From Hyphomicrobiaceae bacterium (lineage in GTDB: Bacteria > Pseudomonadota > Alphaproteobacteria > Rhizobiales > Hyphomicrobiaceae): DNA of 37,548 nt. The notes under the pieces are model-generated. The model made no database searches. It was not told the DNA's origin and saw nothing but the letters and a program-made list of their open reading frames with translations. The stretch covers positions 1-37,548 of the forward strand of contig JAFMSC010000001.1 of the NCBI GenBank assembly GCA_017353825.1, read 5' to 3'. Shown here piece after piece: positions 32,923 to 37,548 of the stretch. Positions within the stretch are counted from its first letter, which is position 1, and each line of letters begins with the position of its first letter. The translations under genes were made by a program, and so were the position numbers.

Positions 32923-34127
32923 TCTTTGACCGATCAATCTGCCGTTCCCGTAAGGCCGGGCTCAGGCCGCCGCGCGATCAGGCTCCTTGCCACCACCCGG
33001 ACTTCGACAAGCTCAACAGCCAGGGCTGGAAGGCGCTGGAGGCGGAGGCGGGTCTCTCCGAGGACGGTTGGCGCCGCGAGCAGAAGTGGGCGCTCGACAT
33101 GGGGCTGCCGGGTGCGGAGAGCCTCACCGACAGGTCCATCCCAACCTTCGCCCGCGGGGAGCTTCCCCACTTCGCGGGCATCAACACCTTCCTAAAGGCG
33201 CCCTACGTGGAGAACATCCGCGATGTCGGCAAGTACGACGCCGCCGTGATCGGCATCCCCTTCGATGCAGGCACCACCTACCGCCCTGGCACCCGCTTCG
33301 GCCCCCAGGGCATCCGCCGCATCTCGGCGCTCTATACGCCCTACAACTATGAGCTGGGCGTGGACCTCAGGGAGCAGATGACCTTGTGCGATGCCGGCGA
33401 CGTGTTCACCATCCCCGCCAACCTGGAGAAGAGCTTCGACCAGATCACACGCGGGGTGGCGCACGTGTTTTCCTCCGGCGCGCTGCCGTTGATGCTGGGC
33501 GGTGACCACTCGATCGGTTTCCCCTGCGTGCGCGGCATCGCCCAGTGCACATCAAAGAGGATCGGCATTGTGCATTTCGATCGCCACATCGACATCCAGG
33601 AAAAGGACCTGGACGAGCGCATGCACACCACGCCGTGGTACTGGGCCACCAACCTGCCCAACGTGCCCGCCGCCAACCTGGTCCAGCTCGGCATCGGCGG
33701 CTGGCAGGTGCCACGCTACGGCGTGGCAGAGGCGAGGAAGCGCGGCACCAACGTGCTCACCATCGCCGATATCGAGAAGATGGGCCTCGACAAGGCCGCC
33801 GAGATCGCCCTGGAGCTGGCGTGGAAGGACGCCGACGCGGTCTACATCTCCTTCGACGTGGATTCGGTGGACTGCGGCTTCGTGCCAGGGACCGGCTGGC
33901 CCGAGCCTGGCGGCTTTCTGCCGCGCGAGGCACTGAAGCTCTTGGGGCTGGTGGCCGCCGAGGGCATTTGCGGCCTGGAGGTCGTGGAGGTGTCGCCACC
34001 TTACGATACATCCGACATCACCGCTCTGCTTGGTGTGCGCGTGGGCGTTGAGGCGCTGGGCTCGCTGGTCGCCCACGGCAGGCTCGGCAGTCAAAAGGCG
34101 CTCATCGACAATCCGGTCGCGTATTGA
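32919..34127 (+). CDS. Arginase/agmatinase-fold ureohydrolase, long form (candidate guanidine or guanidino-compound hydrolase)
   Basis: AAGGAG sits 7 nt upstream of the ATG at 32919. 'LMLGGDHSIGFP', 'IVHFDRHIDI', 'YISFDVDSVDCGFVPGTGWPEPGG' provide the full His/Asp binuclear-metal ligand set. About 95 aa precede the first conserved block ('FAGINTFLKAPY'), which is longer than in SpeB-type agmatinases. Confidence 0.9.
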   Translation: MIFDRSICRSRKAGLRPPRDQAPCHHPDFDKLNSQGWKALEAEAGLSEDGWRREQKWALDMGLPGAESLTDRSIPTFARGELPHFAGINTFLKAPYVENIRDVGKYDAAVIGIPFDAGTTYRPGTRFGPQGIRRISALYTPYNYELGVDLREQMTLCDAGDVFTIPANLEKSFDQITRGVAHVFSSGALPLMLGGDHSIGFPCVRGIAQCTSKRIGIVHFDRHIDIQEKDLDERMHTTPWYWATNLPNVPAANLVQLGIGGWQVPRYGVAEARKRGTNVLTIADIEKMGLDKAAEIALELAWKDADAVYISFDVDSVDCGFVPGTGWPEPGGFLPREALKLLGLVAAEGICGLEVVEVSPPYDTSDITALLGVRVGVEALGSLVAHGRLGSQKALIDNPVAY

Positions 34128-34135
34128 GGCCCGCC

Positions 34136-34663
34136 ATGCATCGCGATCATGACCACGCCCATGACCACGCCCACCGCCGGAGCGACAGTGATGGCCACCA
34201 CGACCTCGCCCAGGATGACGGCCACCACCACGACCATCGCCACGTAGGGCCCGGCCACAACCACAGGCCTACGCTCAGCAGCGTGGCGCAGTGGCAGGTG
34301 CCGCACCTTCACCCGAACGAGGCCCGACCCAGCACCCAGGGCGAGGCCGACCTCGACCAGGTGGAGGCCGCCTTCATCGAGGGCTTCCTCGCCGCCAGCG
34401 ACCCCACCAGCTTCCTCCGCCTCGCGGGCATCCCCTTCAGCATGACGGCGGGCGACGGCGCGTCGCTGTGGCTCCTGCGCGTGGAGACCGAGGTTGTGGC
34501 CGACATCGGCGCCCTCACGCCGCACCTCGGCGGCGGCTCGTTCCGCTACGACCCGCTGCCAGCCAACCTCGTCTCGCGCCGTCGCCGCCTGCGTTTTGTC
34601 TATTTCGATGGGACCGGGCTGAGGGCCTTGACCTTTGTCGACGTGCGACAGGGAGCCCGATGA
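34136..34663 (+). CDS. Uncharacterised protein with His/Asp-rich N-terminus (candidate metallochaperone)
   Basis: ATG lies 8 nt after the ureohydrolase stop, with GAGG 6 nt upstream. The first 45 aa carry about 17 His ('HRDHDHAHDHAH...GHHDLAQDDGHHHDHRHVGPGHNH'). The remainder is a ~130-aa globular-looking domain with very high GC3. No family recognised. Confidence 0.7.
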   Translation: MHRDHDHAHDHAHRRSDSDGHHDLAQDDGHHHDHRHVGPGHNHRPTLSSVAQWQVPHLHPNEARPSTQGEADLDQVEAAFIEGFLAASDPTSFLRLAGIPFSMTAGDGASLWLLRVETEVVADIGALTPHLGGGSFRYDPLPANLVSRRRRLRFVYFDGTGLRALTFVDVRQGAR

Positions 34664-34718
34664 CGAAGGGCGGCAGGGTGTCGCTGCCGAACGAGGTCGA
34701 CGCCCCTCGCAGTCGCCC

Positions 34719-35219
34719 CTACGCGGCGGCTCCGGCCGCCGGGTGGAACCGGCGCACCGCGAGGAAGCCGAGCGCCAGGAACAGCACCAGCACGGCAATC
34801 TGCGTGACCGCGAATGGCGGCTCGGATTGGGTGGGCGCCAGCGGCTGCAGGATGGCGAGCTTCTGGAATGCCTGCACCACGCCCACGAATACGTTGAGAT
34901 AGAGGGCCGCGACCGCGGTGGCGACGTAGACCCAGCGCCACGCTCCGGAGAGCCGGAAGGCATAAAGCGCGAGCAGCGCCACCGCGAGCAAGACGAGCGA
35001 GATGGTGCCGACCACGTGTGATGGCAGCAGCCCGCTAAAGGGGAACATGAACCCCGTCACACTGGTGAGGAGGGTCGTGGCCAGAAACAGCGCCGTCCAG
35101 CCACCGAGCCTTTGCGAGGCCAGCATGCCGTAGAAAACCACGAGCCCGGAGAGGATCCCCACGAGGCTGATGACGACGTGCAGCGTCGTGAACGCCGAAG
35201 CCGACAACCCCAGGGTCAT
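34719..35219 (-). CDS. Integral membrane protein (about 5 TM), unknown function
   Basis: ATG at 35217-35219 with GGAGG 6 nt upstream. Consecutive hydrophobic helices (e.g. TTLHVVISLVGILSGLVVFYGML, WTALFLATTLLTSVTGFMF, VVGTISLVLLAVALLALYAF). Confidence 0.7.
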   Translation of the reverse strand: MTLGLSASAFTTLHVVISLVGILSGLVVFYGMLASQRLGGWTALFLATTLLTSVTGFMFPFSGLLPSHVVGTISLVLLAVALLALYAFRLSGAWRWVYVATAVAALYLNVFVGVVQAFQKLAILQPLAPTQSEPPFAVTQIAVLVLFLALGFLAVRRFHPAAGAAA

Positions 35220-35439
35220 GGGCACCCTCCGCTAGAGCCCGCAACATAGGCGATTTTCGGGTCAACTTCCACCGGCACCTGGTGGCACCGAGGGGTGGGC
35301 CCGGCGCAATGGGCGATGCGGGGGCCGCCCGGCATAACCTATTGGGGGCTGCCTCTGTTCCCTTGGCGCGGTGGCGAGATATGCTTCGCCCGAAGCCCGC
35401 GCGCGCCTCGTGTGGCAGCTCCCGGAGGGACCCCGAGCA

Positions 35440-36522
35440 ATGAACGAAGACCTGCAATACGCCGTCCTGCACGAGTTCGTCGAACCCGCCCGCCGCAACC
35501 TGCCGCGCGGCAGCTGGGACTACTTGATGGGCGGCGCCGAGACCGAGACCACCCAGGAGCGCAACCGCGCCGCACTCGATTCGCTCGCCTTCCGCCCGCG
35601 CGTCCTGCGCGACGTTGAGAGGGTGGACACGGGCGGCAAGGTGCTCGGTCGGCAGCTGCGCCTGCCGGTGATCCTGGCGCCCATCGGCTCGCTGCAGGAT
35701 GTGGTCGCCGAGGGAGCGGCGGCTCCCACGCGCGCTGCCGCCAAATTTGGCGTGCTGCACATGCTGAGCTCGGCTTCGGCTCCGGGCCTGGAGGCGGTGG
35801 CGGCCGCCGCGCCCGACTATCCCAGGATCTTCCAGCTCTACATCCGCGGCGACCATGACTGGGTGGAGGGCTATATCTCTCGTGCCATCGCCAATGGCTA
35901 CATCGCCCTTGCCCTGACGGTTGATCTCGACCACTACGGCCGACGCGAGCGCGACCTCGCCAAGCGCTTCGAGACCAGCTCGCGGCGGAACCGGCCCGCC
36001 GACCAGTTCCAGGCGCGCTTCTCCTGGGCCGACGTGGCCCGGCTCAAGGCCAAGTTCAAGATTCCCTTCATCCTGAAGGGCATTGCCACGGCCGAGGATG
36101 CCAGGATTGCGCTGGAGCACGGCATCGAGGGCATCTACGTGTCGAACCACGGCGGGCGCCAGCTCGACCACGGCAAAGGCGGGATTGCCGTACTGCCCGA
36201 GGTGGTGCAGGCCGTGGCCGGCCGGGCCGAGGTCTACGTGGACGGCGGCTTCATGCGTGGCTCCGACATCGTCAAGGCCATGGCGCTCGGCGCCACCGCC
36301 GTCGGCATCGGCCGCCTGCAGGGCCTCGCGCTTGCCGCCGGAGGCGAGGCCGCCCTGGTCCGCGCCCTCACACTGCTGCACGATGAGGTCACACGCACCC
36401 TGGGCCTCTTGGGCGTCACCGCTTTCACCGAGCTGAACGCCAGCTACATCGCCCCCGCGACCCCCATCGTGCGCCAGTCCTGGCTCGACAGCGCCTTCCC
36501 GCTCCTGAAGGAGGGCTATTAG
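35440..36522 (+). CDS. FMN-dependent alpha-hydroxy-acid dehydrogenase/oxidase (lactate/glycolate oxidase family)
   Basis: 'AFRPRVLRDV', 'PFILKGIATAEDARIALEHGIEGIYVSNHGGRQLD', 'VYVDGGFMRGSDIVKAMALGATAVGIGR'. Start set at 'MNEDLQ' (ATG at 35440). Confidence 0.9.
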   Translation: MNEDLQYAVLHEFVEPARRNLPRGSWDYLMGGAETETTQERNRAALDSLAFRPRVLRDVERVDTGGKVLGRQLRLPVILAPIGSLQDVVAEGAAAPTRAAAKFGVLHMLSSASAPGLEAVAAAAPDYPRIFQLYIRGDHDWVEGYISRAIANGYIALALTVDLDHYGRRERDLAKRFETSSRRNRPADQFQARFSWADVARLKAKFKIPFILKGIATAEDARIALEHGIEGIYVSNHGGRQLDHGKGGIAVLPEVVQAVAGRAEVYVDGGFMRGSDIVKAMALGATAVGIGRLQGLALAAGGEAALVRALTLLHDEVTRTLGLLGVTAFTELNASYIAPATPIVRQSWLDSAFPLLKEGY

Positions 36523-36594
36523 CGTCTGACTCGTGGCCGTGCGGGTCTAGGCCCACGGCTGCCAGCCATGATCCAAATCGGGAAAAGAACATCC

Positions 36595-36954
36595 ATGCCA
36601 GACCCTGCCGCGCCGGCGCCGCGTATCGCCTTTGATGACTTCCTCAAGATCGACATCCGCGTCGGCACCATCGTCGCGGCTGAGCCGCTGGTCGGCGTGC
36701 GCAAGCCGGCGATCGCTCTCAAGATCGACTTCGGGCCCGAGATCGGCATGAAGAGGAGCTCCGCGCAGATCACCAGCCACTACAGGCCCGCCGGGCTGAT
36801 TGGGCGCCAGGTGGCCGCGGTGGTCAACTTCCCGCCACGCCAAATCGGCAAGTTCATGTCGGAAGTCCTCACGGTGGGCTTCCCGGATGCAACCGGCGAG
36901 GTCGTATTGATCCACCCGGAACAGCCGGTGCCCAACGGCGGCAGGCTCTTCTGA
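36595..36954 (+). CDS. tRNA-binding (EMAP/CsaA-like) domain protein
   Basis: 'FDDFLKIDIRVGTIVAAEP...KPAIALKIDFGPEIGMKRSSAQIT...LIGRQVAAVVNFPPRQIGKFMSEVL'. The upstream ATG at 36568 is also possible. Confidence 0.8.
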   Translation: MPDPAAPAPRIAFDDFLKIDIRVGTIVAAEPLVGVRKPAIALKIDFGPEIGMKRSSAQITSHYRPAGLIGRQVAAVVNFPPRQIGKFMSEVLTVGFPDATGEVVLIHPEQPVPNGGRLF

Positions 36955-37016
36955 GGTCGAGCGGCGCCTCCGGTAGCCCTGCTGCAGAGAGCCACGACTA
37001 CGAGCGAGCCACGACT

Positions 37017-37422
37017 ATGAGCGTCAAGACCTGCTATGGCTGCCGCCACGGAAAGGTCCGCTACCAGGCGGACATCGATCTCAAGCGCCGGTACCGTCAA
37101 GTGCAACGGCTCGATCTGCACCAAAACCCGCGAATGGGGCGTCATCGTCAAGCCCGACGCGTTGCGATGGCTGGCGGGTGAGAACGCCCTGTCGGACGAC
37201 CAGTTCACCACCAACAGCATGCACCATCGGTTCTGCCGCAAGTGCGGTGTACACGCTTCGGCCGCGGCCCTCTCGATAGCCTCGGCGGCGAGGTTTGCAC
37301 GGGTCAATGTGGCCTGCCTCGACAACCTGCATGTCGCGGAACTGGCCGCCGCTCCAGTGCGCTACGCCGATGGGCGCAACAACAACTGGCGGTCGCCTCC
37401 TGCCGAGGTCCGACGCCTTTGA
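37017..37422 (+). pseudogene. GFA-family (glutathione-dependent formaldehyde-activating-like / CENP-V-like) gene with multiple frameshifts
   Basis: Family-like peptides are spread over three frames. 'MSVKTCYGCRHGKVRYQADIDL' is in the frame of 37017. 'SAGTVKCNGSICTKTREWGVIVKPD...HHRFCRKCGV' and 'VNVACLD...APVRYADGRNNNW' are in the frame of 37036. 'RFGRGPLDSLGGEV' is in the frame of 37242. Expected Zn-binding cysteines are replaced (CHCG to CRHG, CNCSIC to CNGSIC). Confidence 0.6.
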
Positions 37423-37454
37423 GCGGTGACAGGCGGACGCGGGGTTTGGCCGGT

Positions 37455-37525
37455 TAGGGCGAAGCCCGCAATCAGCCGGTGCACCGCGAAAGGAACGGCG
37501 GATGGCGCTGTGTTAATCCGCCCCC
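37455..37525. repeat. REP-like element (GGGCGAAGCCCGCAATC ... GGCGGAT-N10-TAATCCGCC)
   Basis: Shares the GGCGAAGCCCGYAATC block and the GGCGGAT(TA)/TAATCCGCC arms with the element at 13041-13098. Confidence 0.4.
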
Positions 37526-37548
37526 ACCCCTTGGCCCTAAGCAGCGTT

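Noticed and set aside
32242-32937. 231-aa minus-strand ORF
   Set aside because: Antisense to the GNAT-like ORF, with no motifs. The plus strand has GNAT topology and ATGA coupling to the next gene.
35035-36381. 448-aa minus-strand ORF
   Set aside because: Antisense to the FMN-dependent alpha-hydroxy-acid dehydrogenase gene. Gly/Ala/Arg-rich composition.
1-37548. tRNA, rRNA, IS elements, integrases, phage genes
   Set aside because: No GGTTCGAATCC-type T-arm or cloverleaf candidates, no rRNA-like conserved blocks, and no transposase or integrase motifs that I could recognise in any ORF. Absence is judged by eye only.

Overview
GC-rich chromosomal segment with strong GC3 bias. Gene content looks alphaproteobacterial and Hyphomicrobiales-like (miaA-ilvI-ilvH block, DUF992, DUF1127, MipA/OmpV, GcvA-type LysR); this placement is inference from memory of family motifs, with no database search. 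I support about 33 protein genes, one multiply frameshifted pseudogene, no tRNA/rRNA, no CRISPR array and no recognisable IS or phage genes. Many long ORFs in the track are Arg/Ala/Pro/Gly-rich antisense shadows of real genes and were rejected.

Two things stand out.

(1) At 29.25-34.7 kb there is a near-textbook guanidine-I (ykkC) riboswitch aptamer. It sits directly upstream of a co-directional cluster: a NitT/TauT-type ABC importer of the urea-carboxylase-associated kind, a divergent GNAT-like ORF, a long-form arginase/agmatinase-fold ureohydrolase with all six metal ligands, and an uncharacterised protein with a His/Asp-rich N-terminus. I read this as a riboswitch-gated guanidine (or guanidino-compound) uptake and hydrolysis module. 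The His-rich partner may be a new metallochaperone standing in for the HypA/HypB-like helpers reported for cyanobacterial guanidine hydrolase.

(2) The window is peppered with at least 13 short tandem-repeat arrays (units of 10-27 bp, 2-7 copies). Many share a GGGCC(C)/GGGGCC core. Most sit in intergenic spacers at gene boundaries; others lie in frame inside signal peptides or a Gly-rich protein. Two arrays satisfy the canonical G-quadruplex motif.

Other items: a HAD-IIB phosphatase fused to a HerA/FtsK-like P-loop NTPase, a cluster of secreted proteins of unknown function including a signal-peptide-bearing SAM methyltransferase, a ~1 kb ORF-free stretch upstream of a RecQ-family helicase, a cluster of small genes (Trp/Cys-rich 76 aa, DUF1508, Gly-rich secreted), and REP-like palindromes.
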